The notes beneath the pieces were generated by a model, which saw nothing but the letters and a program-made list of their open reading frames with translations, did not search any database and was not told where the DNA came from. A DNA stretch of 53,558 nt, the filler included, from Sphacelaria rigidula (Eukaryota): the NCBI GenBank assembly GCA_964200075.2. It is 3 parts of 3 records of this genome, joined end to end, with 100 filler letters (N's around TTAATTAATTAA, not from the genome) between each part and the next. Parts side by side here need not be neighbours in the genome. Positions count along the whole stretch, not along the records: positions 1 to 17,790 come from CAXNAA020000994.1; positions 17,891 to 35,678 come from CAXNAA020000995.1; 1 more part is not named here. The stretch is one strand, 5' to 3'. Of the stretch, positions 13,430 through 24,240 are shown one piece after another. A program made the position numbers and the translations under genes. Positions within the stretch are counted from its first letter, which is position 1; every line of letters begins with the position of its first letter.

Positions 13430-15520
13430 GTGCCCTGAACAATGCGACATTTTGTGTATATTGCCAGGCCAAGATGTCGACGCGTCGCGTATTTCATATA
13501 TATTGGCCGAGCAATATGATGGCAAGAGACACAGGCCAATATATGTTGTGCCATCAATATGACAAGGCTCGCGACATGCAATATACACCAACCGAACAAT
13601 ATATCACGACACGTGCCACCTCAATATATATTGACCGAGTATTATGTCGGTGCGGTAAGGCATCAATATGCACTTGTCGACTTGTATATTGCCTGCCACA
13701 CGAGGTACTCAACAGCCGAAGCGGAAATATATGTTGCCGCCCCGATATGTCGTGCATCAATACGTCCGAAATATATTGGGCGAACAATACGCGAGAGAAT
13801 CGACCATCACAATATATTTGGTGGAGCAACATAAAATACTGGTTTAATTTGTATATTGGGAAGTGCATATAGAGGAACTACTATAGAGTGCACTTTTGTG
13901 CTCGCGGGCGCCATTGAGAGGCGATCATATGCCGAAAACGCTCAATATATCCCTTCGCGAGCGTGTCCGATATATATTGTATATATATATATATATCTAC
14001 ACTATGCAGTGAGCGTACGCAATACGTATTGGGCAATACTTGTGGTTTTCTTGTGTTCAATATATATTTCCGCAACAGTGTGTTATGTATCGCTTAGACT
14101 CATTATGTATTGACATTTTAATTTGTACACGACCGGCATGAGGCCAATTCTTACAGGTTTGGGAAAATAATCCTCTTGAAAACTGCCTTTTGGGCCCTTC
14201 TCCGTCATTTTACGCCAGCAGAGGACTGCGCCGATGTTGACACCTTGGGATAACTAGCTCTACTCCTTGAGAACGTTCCATTGCAAATTTGCGTCCCCCG
14301 CCGGCAGCAGTATGATTTTTGGCGAAAGTTGCATTTTTAAAAAAAAAACCCGGTCAAGTGATGAAAAAACTGGCTGTTTTTACATCACTTGACCGCTTGT
14401 TATTGAAGCTCAAGGTTGGCCAAAAATACAACTACGGCCAGGGGGAAACGTAAAACTGTCCTGGAACGCTCTTAACGAGTAGAGCAAGTCATTCCGAGGT
14501 GTCGACATCCGCCTAGCCCTCTTTTCGGGCTTAAAAAGACCGAGAAGGACCCGAAAGGCAGTTTTCAACAGGACGTTTTTCTCAAACCCATAATAATCGG
14601 TCTAAACAAGATATATTGAACGGTTTGATCCCAGAGCAAGTGCATGTCCAATGCATATCAGCATGTATTACTTCACGATCATGACGCGAGAAATATGTAT
14701 TGTCGCCTAAAAATATCCGAGGATATCTCAACACAACATACATTGTAAGGGCAATATTTCCACCTTTTTTACAGTATAAGGTATTGACGCCAGTATCGGA
14801 ATATAGTGGATTGTCCAGGGCACGAGCAAGTGTTGTCTACGGTATAAGCAACGTAGCAATGGTGATCAGAAGGGTATCAAAAAGGCGTATATCGACCAGC
14901 TTTTTCTTCCGCCCTTTCCTACAGAACAAACTAGGAAACAGGGATGTTCGGAAGAGACGACTCGACGGCCCTCACCTCCATTTTTGTCTATCGAACTGGG
15001 TGGAAATGACGCTCGAATAACTTCCTGAACGCCAAGAAAACAGTGTATCTCTTCAATTACATTGAATGATAGATTCGTGGAACGGGATGACTTCCAGGAT
15101 GCGGCAAAGCACAGTGCTTGAATAATATGGTTCGGTAGAACATATAGTCGGCATCGATGCGTCCGCCAAATGCATAGTGGGTGGGTGATGTACTGTCGCA
15201 CACGCTACCCTGATATATGTGCTGAACTAGCAATATGTCGCGACCCATACGACCCCAATATATATGTTGACCGGGTGATATGTTCTCACCTATGCGACCG
15301 CAATATATATTGGTCGTGCAACATGTCGTCGCCCACACGGCCCCAATATATTTTGACGGGACAATGTGTGGGCAATCCCACGATCTCAATATACAGTGGG
15401 CGAGAAATATATTTGCAGTCCCTCGACACGAATATATATTGGGTGGGCAATACGTGCGCAGTCCCAGGGTACCAATATATATTTATATATATTACGCCGG
15501 ATATATCTCGCAATAATCCA
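13430..15520 (+). repeat. Interspersed element, copy 2, of the CAATATATATTG array family, interrupted by a MITE
   Basis: Unit-by-unit homology to 6446-8080, for example ACCGAACAATATATCACGACACGYGCCACCTCAATATATAT is shared. GTGCCCTGAACAAT / ATTGTCCAGGGCAC inverted repeat at ~13430 and ~14810. Confidence 0.85.
14142..14602. mobile_element. Tourist/PIF-Harbinger-like foldback MITE (~460 bp)
   Basis: Termini GGCCAATTCTTACAGGTTTGGG / CTCAAACCCATAATAATCGGTC. Inverted along its whole length (centre CGGTCAAGTGATG...CATCACTTGACCG). Flanked by TGA/TAA. Absent from the homologous site in copy 1 (~7200). Confidence 0.8.
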
Positions 15521-15759
15521 ACATGATCAACTAATACATTTTGGAAACATTTTGCACTGTGCAGGGTGTGAAGATGCGTCACCTCTCGCATGTACGGGAA
15601 CATGTGTGTAGCGAATATCTGAAAGCATGCCCTACACGATGATTGACTCAATCCGACCTCCAACAGCTCACAAAGTCGAAGACGGATGTCTCTTCGAAAG
15701 CAAACACCAGACGTTAATATTCGTACAAGCCCCAAAGTCATTCTCCATTCTACTTCTCA

Positions 15760-16890
15760 TGTCCCCGACCGCCGCCCGACTGGGGATGATTGTGTCAGGG
15801 TAGCTAATCAACCCCAGCCAGCGAACACACGACCCACGCGTGGGAGAGGGTAAAATCGCCCGCAGGTTAGTCTGCGTTTTTCTGTGGGCGGTGGTGCAAC
15901 ACACAGTATCACCGGTCGATGCCCACCGTGTTAAACTCAATGCTCAACCTCCCAGCTGCGGAGTTTTACCTTGTACTGATATCTCAACTCAATCCCGCAG
16001 GAGCAGAGTTTCGCCCGAGGTTCGGGCACTGTCACTGAAAGCACGTCGACGGAGATGAGACACGTGAAAGTAAGTACCAGATTCGGCGGAATGATGATAG
16101 CGGTCGACGCGGGCTGGGAGAGCTGCACCCTCCTCGTGAGACGAAGGGAGAGGCAAGTACCGTGCCCGACGTGCCAGGGGAAAATTGGAACATGAAACAA
16201 AAACTCACACGTTAAGAAAGAAGTAGAAGGAGACCGCAAAGGAGGGCAGAACGAAGAGAAATATGTAAATGTACATGAGGCTAGAGCTAGGCGGCGTCAG
16301 GGGAGCTCAAAGTGGCGACCTACAATGTCCGTAAACTGTCTCCCCCGGGGAAAAACGGGGTTGGACATGCTTTTGTGATTCTACAAAAATGTCCAGCGGT
16401 GGGATGTGACGTCATCGGGCTGCAGGGGGGTAAGGAGGCCGGGCCGAACCGAGTTTGTTGCCGCAGATATCGTGTCTTCTGCTGCGGGACGGAAGGGTGC
16501 AGCGGAAGCGCTGGGGAAGATGGGGTTTGGTTGGCAGTTATAGAGTCAATAATCAATGAGGCGGCGGGGACTCGGGCGCTCATCAGAGACTGGCTCATGT
16601 CGATGACTGTCAACCTCGCGGGCAAGTCAAACGCTGCCACGCGTGTAGTTGCCTACGCCCCGACAGACACATCGACGTCAAGACAAGTGAGATCCATGTT
16701 CTGGACTGAGTTGGACAGCATTGTGAACCGAGTCCCCAACAAACGCCACCTGTTTATGACAGTGGACGCTAACGCTTGGACTGGTGTACGAACAGGCGAG
16801 TAGAAAGGCAAAAGGGTGTGGTCATACGGCCGGGATTCCGGAACCGGAGACAGTAACGGCATATTTTCCCTGCAATGTGCACGTGACAAC
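15760..16890 (+). mobile_element. RTE-clade LINE, 5' part: degenerate AP-endonuclease domain (ORF remnant 16312-16803) plus putative 5' UTR
   Basis: APE motifs VATYNVR, DVIGLQ, VVAYAPTD, FWTELD, VDANAWTG, followed by YGRD..SNG. In-frame stop and a MITE insertion at 16891. The 5' boundary is approximate. Confidence 0.85.
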
Positions 16891-17030
16891 TAGGGATGGG
16901 CACCGGATAGGAAAATCGAAAAACCGGTTACCGGATAAGGAGGCTTTATTTAAAAAAACAAGAACCGTAAACCGTTTTTTTTCAGCCCGTTTAACCGGTT
17001 CACCGGAAAACCGGTTTCACCGGATAAGCA
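16891..17030 (+). mobile_element. hAT-like MITE end inserted into the LINE, with ACCGGT/AACCG subterminal repeats
   Basis: Begins TAGGGATGGGCACCGG exactly where LINE coding similarity stops. Many AAACCGGTT-like motifs follow. The partner terminus was not found and may lie in the gap. Confidence 0.55.
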
Positions 17031-17790
17031 AGGGAAAACGCCTCCAAATCATTGAAACGCAGGTGAATTCGGCGTTGTTGTCGATTGTTTCGTGTGTGGT
17101 GGGTGATGGATACTTTCGAACACACCCATTGCCGGTAACGGCTACGTTCAATCTTACACCTCCGCACTCCGCACTCCGCACCCGTGCAGCACCTGTCGAA
17201 CTTTACAGCACAGTGGCTGACGACTGGTGACAAAGAATTTTTATGCGTGATAGGAAATGGTGTTCGTGATTACGTGAACAGCTGCTGTTCAAATCTTGCA
17301 CCTATTCGTACCAAACACAGGGCGTCAAAAATTGAAAATAAAAACTATGCTCCGGAGTAGTAGATAGTAGTGGGAACCTGAACCCTTCTTTTTCTAATTT
17401 ATTCGTCATCGGCGATTTTCTCACGCTCTTCCGCTCGTCACCGCCCATCACATTGAAGATTTGAAGATACTTGTATCCGCTCCACATTTAATGAAAACAA
17501 AAATCATTTGTAATCAACATTGGGTGACTTACGTGCTGACCGATCATCGGGGGTCCTGCAATTTTCCAGCACAGATTTTGATTCTTTGGGATTTTAGGCC
17601 GATCGAGCCTGTCCCGCTAGTTGTTGTAGAGAAGTGTGCAATTTCATTTTTTTGGCATTCTACCTATTCACTGCACCTCCGCAGTGTTAACACTATATTC
17701 GTGAGATTCAGAACGTGGTTTCAGATTCAGAGTCAGACCCGAAACAGATGACTTTCCCGTCGATTTTGACATCGCCACAGTTCGAGGAGT

Positions 17791-17890
17791 NNNNNNNNNN
17801 NNNNNNNNNNNNNNNNNNNNNNNNNNNNNNNNNNTTAATTAATTAANNNNNNNNNNNNNNNNNNNNNNNNNNNNNNNNNNNNNNNNNNNN
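17791..17890. other. Assembly gap with six-frame-stop linker TTAATTAATTAA
   Basis: N-run flanking TTAATTAATTAA; the same construct occurs at 35679-35778. Confidence 0.97.
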
Positions 17891-18315
17891 CCCTCAAGAA
17901 GACCGGATGCCAAAGTGCCGAAGCCATTGTCCGGCAAAGACGACTGCTGTTTGCGGGAGCCCTGGCTAGGCAACCAGACGGACGACTACCGAAGCGATTA
18001 GCATTCGGAACACCAGTCGAGGGGGAGGATCCAGGACCAGTGTGCCCGGAATAAAACTGGCTGGAGTAACCGAGGGACGATCTCCACGCTTCCGGAGCCA
18101 CAGACGGCTCTACGGACGACAACCGCCAGACATTCGGAACTGACCATGTCCTATGGACCTCAGCAGCGAATAGGGAGGGGGGGTTGCCGTGCTACTCAGG
18201 AGTGCTGCAGGAAGCGAAGAGGTTCATGACCTCATGGCACAGAGACGAAGAGGAGGCCAGCCGACGGCGTGCGATTGAACAGGAGACTAAACAAGTCCAC
18301 ATAACACGGCAATGA
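17891..18315 (+). mobile_element. RTE-clade LINE ORF C-terminal remnant (pseudogenised)
   Basis: Translates as LKKTGCQSAEAIVRQRRLLFAGALARQPDGRLPKRLAFG...W...DDL, the typical RTE post-RT tail, with in-frame stops. Confidence 0.85.
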
Positions 18316-18674
18316 CGACGGTCCCGAGAAGGGGGGGGGGGGGTTGAACCCCCCTGATGAGGGGTGTTGTTATTTCATGCGGTGCTTGTCTTGATACACC
18401 TGGTATTCTCGTCCGTATGGCTGTCACTCGAGAGGTCGAAAGATGAAACCTTGCGATTCTCGATGAGATGAAACCTCGCGATTTTTAGTTCTTTGGTTGA
18501 TGGTATTTGGGGCTTCGAGTCTCGCCCGTAGTCGGACCCTATGTCCATTTCTACTTGGCCTCACACGTCGAGTTGAGAAGCCGGATGCCACCCCCTGAGA
18601 TCCGAATGGCCACCTGCGGCACCGGATCTTTTGAGGTTAGCCGTATGTATTCTCCTTCTTTATTATTCATCACC

Positions 18675-19217
18675 GGCAAAAAGTATATCCACGTATATAG
18701 ACGGATCCTTATTTCCACCGTCACCTTTCATCATGACCGATGCCGCGTTGTTCTTTTCAATTCGGGAGCGCACATTTTTTTATCTGGTGCCTGTTACCGA
18801 TGTTTGCGAACAAAGTGACGCCTTCACGTCCACCGGAGTGCAGGCAGTAGTCAGTGGTCGTATCCTCTGCATCTGCATCCACTGTCATGTACGTGCATCT
18901 GCATGTAGCCTCGAGACGGAAACGTGCTGTACTGTATTGGCAAAGCACAGCTACCTACTGTGCTCGCGAGTACGGCCCGTGCTTGTAACCTGGCACTATC
19001 GTATTATTACTGTATTGTCTGTGCAGGATATGACCACTGACTACTGCCTGCACTCCGGTGCACGTGAAGGCGTCACTTTGTTTGCAAACATCGGTAACAG
19101 GCACCAGATTAAAAAAAATTGGGCTCCCGAATCGAAAAGAACAACGCGGGATTGGTCATGACAAAAGGTGACGGTGGAAATGAGGATCCACCTATATAGG
19201 TGGATATACTTCTTGCC
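18675..19217. mobile_element. Foldback MITE with ~195-bp inverted arms
   Basis: Arm 18675-18871 (GGCAAAAAGTATATCCACG...) is a high-identity reverse complement of 19022-19217 (...GGTGGATATACTTCTTGCC). Confidence 0.9.
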
Positions 19218-19324
19218 TCTATCCCCCATTAGTTATCCCTGTTTCGCTTAAATCGCGTTTTGTGAGTTTTAATTTAGGTCTCTTTTGTTTTTTACTGGCG
19301 TTGTTTGATTCCTCACACCTTGTT

Positions 19325-19417
19325 TTAGGTATCTAGCCTGTGAGCACGGAAGGCGTCCGCGTCAGATGCCCAAGACGAATGTACCGCGCAGATATCGGAA
19401 GGGGTTTTAAGGTGGAG

Positions 19418-19453
<36 letters not shown>
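19325..19453 (+). mobile_element. Non-LTR retrotransposon 3' end with (CAA)n tail, probably the end of the RTE
   Basis: GC-rich 3'-UTR-like segment ending in a (CAA)n tract at 19419-19453. Short-tandem tails are typical of RTE elements. Confidence 0.6.
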
Positions 19454-19526
19454 TCGCGTTTGTTCTTGTAATTAGGCTGGAGTCTAAAAAATGATGGAAA
19501 ATTCCATGTTTTGTACGGAATGGTAA

Positions 19527-19766
19527 GGCCGCTTCTTATAGACTGAAAAAAAACTGTCTGAAAACTGCTTTTTTGAACGTTTCATCACGGATTCTTGGAG
19601 GGATACGAAGTATTGGACAAACGTGCTGGAATCGTCGTGAAAAATAGAGCAAATCTTTCCGAAGGGGCCAAATCCGCCAAGGCCCGTATCCCTCCAAGAA
19701 TCCGTGATGAAAGGTTCAAAAAAGCAGTTTTCAGACAGTTTTTTCTTCAGTCTATAAGAAGCGCCC
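19527..19766. mobile_element. Tourist/PIF-like MITE; internal-deletion derivative of the 43721-44457 family
   Basis: TAA|GGCCGCTTCTTATAGACTG ... CAGTCTATAAGAAGCGCCC|TGA, with arms 19530-19607 and 19685-19763. The interior matches 44310-44375. Confidence 0.85.
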
Positions 19767-19859
19767 TGAGGACAGTATTGGAAAGACAAGCCTACGTTTG
19801 TGTACGTTTGTGACCATGGGTTGAGAGATCGGACAAATGTGCGGAAATAAAAATAACAA

Positions 19860-20030
19860 TATTAAAAAACCGCAGAAGGGAGGTGGAGTACTAAGAATAA
19901 ATAAAAAAGGAAGAACTCCTGTGACGACCTTCCTCTTGTGTGACCCTGGCTGGTGCTCCCACGTATCCCGCAAGGTGTAGACGTGTAGACAGGCGTCCAG
20001 GATAAAGGGGCTGACAACACAACGCACAGA
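19860..20030 (+). mobile_element. SINE 3' fragment (same family as 31480-31847 and 35330-35646)
   Basis: Shared core ...CCTTCCTCTTGTGTGACCCTGGCTG...GGCGTCCAGGATAAAGGGG-CA-rich tail. Confidence 0.7.
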
Positions 20031-22698
20031 CATTGCGGTCATGTGTTGACGGCACCGTCGGTGCGACGGGGAAATAGTGCCCCGAACCCATAGTCGGATA
20101 ACTTTGCGTTTGTCAAACTCTCAGCTTGGGCTACCCCGAACCAGTCTTCAAATCAATGTTGGACCCAAGGAAGACGCTCGACTGTGAGGCAAGCCCCCGC
20201 TCCAGAGTTAGGGCGAACTGATCGACAGTAACAATGTTGAACAAACACCTGGTCTTCTAGTGCGGAGTGTCGAATTCAGACTTTCGGAGGCTCATACGAG
20301 CTGGGCCAGCCTAAAAACGGATTTATGCTCTAAAAGCAACATCTCATCGACACAGACGAGTTGGGCCGTGATGCGTATATCGTATTCATCGTCTAACTAA
20401 CGGGAAGGTGCCCATCTGCTCAAACGTTTGGGCCCGTATTTTCTCGTTGATTAAACATCATGTCTGGTAATTCCTTCACCTAACGGAGATGGCGTCCACA
20501 CAAGAATCTCCATGAAACCCCCGATCGATACTTTCGGCGGATGACGACGAATTTTGGTGTGGACATTCTCTGGAGCAACGGGAGACGATAGATACCCTCA
20601 CCTTCACCTAGTTCGTGATCTATCTCGAGATATGGCGCACATAAGTTTCCATCCTGACATCAAATTATATTACGGGCAGAGGTACTAGATTCACTACATC
20701 TGGATATCGCGTCTACGTTTTAGAGAGTTGTTCCATGTAAAATTTCGTGTGGTGAACTGCTAGTGTATAATGAAATAAAAGAAACAGCTTGTTACCTTTT
20801 TTCGCTTTTTTTTCGTGTTTTGAGTGGAGTTTTGAGAAGAAATGAACGTTGCTCTTCGGCCTTATCTCATTGTTCTAGCTCAAGTTTTAGAATTATGGAG
20901 AACCACAGAAGTGTTCCGAATAAAAAAGATGAGCCTTCATTTTTTTTTTCATAGAGGTGAGGGCGTTCTCGTCAAGAAATGGTCTTCACAATACTAGAAC
21001 GCCCTGAACAAGTGAAGATAAAATAAGAAAACAGACCCGCTTTGTCCCGTTGACTATACCTTGGAGAGCGCCTACACAACAATTCAGTGTACGAAAACCG
21101 AACCTGGGCCGGTGAGTGGCCTTCGAAATACTGTTCTGAATTTCCGCTGATCCGCTTCTTGAAAGGCGTTTGCTCCTCTTCATGTTCATAATTTTACGCT
21201 CTATTACCCTCAACTCATAAAAAAAAACCTTTTTGGTACCGAGGTGATTTCTTCTAATGCCCCATGCATTGTCCATACCAAATTTCGCGCTCCAACTCCA
21301 AATATTGGGGGGAGCAAACACACATAAACTTCAAATCCGCCTCTACGCTGGCCCAGCTCGTGGCACTCAGGTGCTCACAAACCACACAGCGTGCAAGAAA
21401 ATATGCGCAGTGTCTTGGGCAGAGTGTACAGTGGCGTGGCAGACCTCATCACAGTCGCCGATTCGAGCCTAGACGCTGGCCGAGCACGGGCGAGCCCTTG
21501 GGACCAGCCCTGTAAGGTTCCGAATGCGACATGATTTTTCAGAGTGAGATATGATATAACGAAGTCGTTCAAAACAGTAAATTTGGGGGGAGTCGTTTTT
21601 TTGTACCGGTCAGGAGTGCGGAGAGCACACCCAGGGGAGGGCGATCACCCATATCTACCAAATGCATACCACGAGTCACTGTGGGTTGCATGCAAGGATA
21701 GTTTACAGTTGGTTGCGCTTAACGAGAAGAGCGAACGAGGCCGGAGGCAGGGGGGAAGGTTATGGCTGGTAGGTACAGACAACGGTGCCTGTCTTCAACA
21801 GTAGCCGAGCCTTGGCGGAGCTGAGAAAAAACGAAAAAACTGTTGTGTCGAACGGGTGCAAAATGACCTGATGTGGATGCAACTGAAATTGAACGAAGGA
21901 CCACGGGACATCTATTGGTGACAACATTCTCAAATTCCAGATTCCAGCACAACCCTCAACCTTGTCACGCGTCATCAAGAGTAGATTCACGGCATGTACA
22001 ACTCCATGCTCCGCTTCGGAAACATTTCAGAATATAGCCGGTCATCCCTGCTGCTTTGGTATGAAGCAGAAAAAAACTGGTGAACAGACAGAACATTAGA
22101 CGTAGCGAACAGTACACACCTTGGACAACGTATGGTCGATATTTGCATTAGGCCTATCCTTTATGCAGTACTCTTCTCGTCTTTTGCATCTACTGAACAT
22201 ATATTGTCCAAGGTGTGGGACAATCAGAGTGTGCAGTGGGGGGTAGTTTACCAGCCGCCAGAGCGTCACCAATTGTTCTTGTATACTGCAACTTACGGCT
22301 ATTCAACATTATGAACGAACTTCGAAGCACAAGGTCTTCCACTCCGTTTGCACATGCCCGCATGAAGAATTATTTGGCTCCAGGAGCACGGAATCGAATA
22401 TGTCTGTGATCACACGCCATGAAACCACACGCTGTCGTAGTCACCAATTCCATAGCACCCAACGCAGTTAATGTTTGTGCCCTTCGTTAGCCTCTTTCAA
22501 GGCCCTCTGTAGAACATCATGTGTATGTACCACAGCCGGTAGCGAACACCTCATGTTACGAAAGTTCTATTCGCATCCTACAGACAGGTCAATCAAGGTC
22601 CGTCCAGCTCAACAACCACGGCCAATACCAAAAGTAGCGAAGACAAAGTGGTGGCGCAACGAGGCATGGTGAAGAGCACGTATAAAGCACACCGTCAC

Positions 22699-23101
22699 CT
22701 GCACGTACCCGCAACAAGGAGCCAATGCACCCTCTATGACCGCATCTCGAACCAATTTGCGGACATGATTTTCATGCATGTCCCTCTTGGGGCATTCCAA
22801 GATGTTGACCGACAGAAATCATCAGGGTCACAAGTGCCAACCAACGACTCTCGAGCAAACGACTACAGGTCCGGCAGCGTAGCAGCAGAAGCCTTGCTCA
22901 GAAGGTGTAAAATGAGAAACATACGCACCGTACATCGGCAGAGATTGCCTCAGCGACTTTAGCAGCATAAGCCTCCGGGTCATCTGGCGCCCTGGAGTCG
23001 GAGCCCCCGGCTTTGCCCCCACCACTACCGCCCATCACGTCCCGCATCACCTTTTCACCCTGCTTCTTGGCTGCTGACTTGAGAGAATCCATGAGACCCA
23101 T
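22699..23101 (-). CDS. 5' exons of an uncharacterised gene (22929-23101, 22699-22783), head-to-head with M1AP
   Basis: ATG-initiated, GC3-rich MGLMDSLKSAAKKQGEKVMRDVMGG...AEAISADVR with a GTGCGT donor. Phase-consistent next exon DMHENHVRKLVRDAVIEGALAPCCGYVQ has a GTGACG donor but a weak GAG acceptor. Downstream exons unresolved. Confidence 0.55.
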
Positions 23102-24240
23102 GATGATCTAGAGGGGGCTGCTGCTTGGTGCCGCCGTTGAAGACCGTAGACCAGGGTGTGGCTGTTGTTGATGGTGGTGATGTCGGGGGTGTGCTTGTTA
23201 ATCCCGCGTCTGTAGTTTAACAGCCGCTGTACTGTAATGTAACTGAGTTAGTTGTGTTTGTTCCTTCACAATGGCTGCCACGTTGTTTACTATAGGGCGC
23301 AAATGACGGAACATACCTTTTTAAACGCGATACTTTTTGGCAAATGGCAGAAGGAATCGCGTGTGTTTTCCTCCACGCCCGAGTGTCATGGAGTTGTACG
23401 TGAGTGGGGCACGTTCGGAGTGACTCGCGACGTGGAGACGAATCATCATGATTGTAGTTATTGACACCCGTCGTTCTGCATCATTCGGGGTGGATGTTAA
23501 CCTTCAGCTTGAAGCCTTTCTTGGTGCGTGGAGTACAGTGCTTCCATTTTGAAGTTTCCACATGATCTTGGAATTTTTCGGCGCACGCCCGCCATTCACT
23601 ACTCGTACGCTCCCGCCGTTCATGCGTATAGCGTAGTAAGCGTCAGCAATCCCTACAGCTGCCGTGCCCTTCAAGTTACGCGTCGGCAGCTATATATACC
23701 TCAAGTGAATCGATGCATATGTGGGGAGGAAATGACAATAGCAGCTGATGCGATGCATCTCTCTCTTTCTCTCATTCCTTCCCTCTCTCTCTCTTTCTCT
23801 CTCGCCTACTCTTGCGCTCTGTGGTGAAGCCCTCCGTCCTTTCGTGGCGCCAAACCCCACCATGCCATTGACCTTCGATTTGAGGGCTGCCGACACCGCG
23901 CACTGGCTCTCTCATTCCTTTCGCCGGTGTATATCGTCCATACACCATTGCTTGTCTTCAGCACGCTACCAAAAGTCATGACACTCCATAGCCAAAGCAG
24001 CTCGTATACTGTTGCGTCCCAATAAATTCAGTGCCACCCTTCCTTCGCCATCCTCCACGTTGGTTGACGGGCGTCCACCATTCCTACCAGTATCATACGT
24101 TGTACTTTGGAGAAGTACAACAGGAGCTGCATTTGCCGCCTCACTGTCTTCAGATACCATAATTTCGAACAAACTATATTCTGCAGCATCGAACACATGC
24201 GCTCTGCTCTTTCTCGCCACCCGTCAAAGAGCATTCGCAG

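Noticed and set aside
17835-17846. TTAATTAATTAA palindromes as biological motifs (also at 35723)
   Set aside because: They are artificial scaffold linkers within N-runs.
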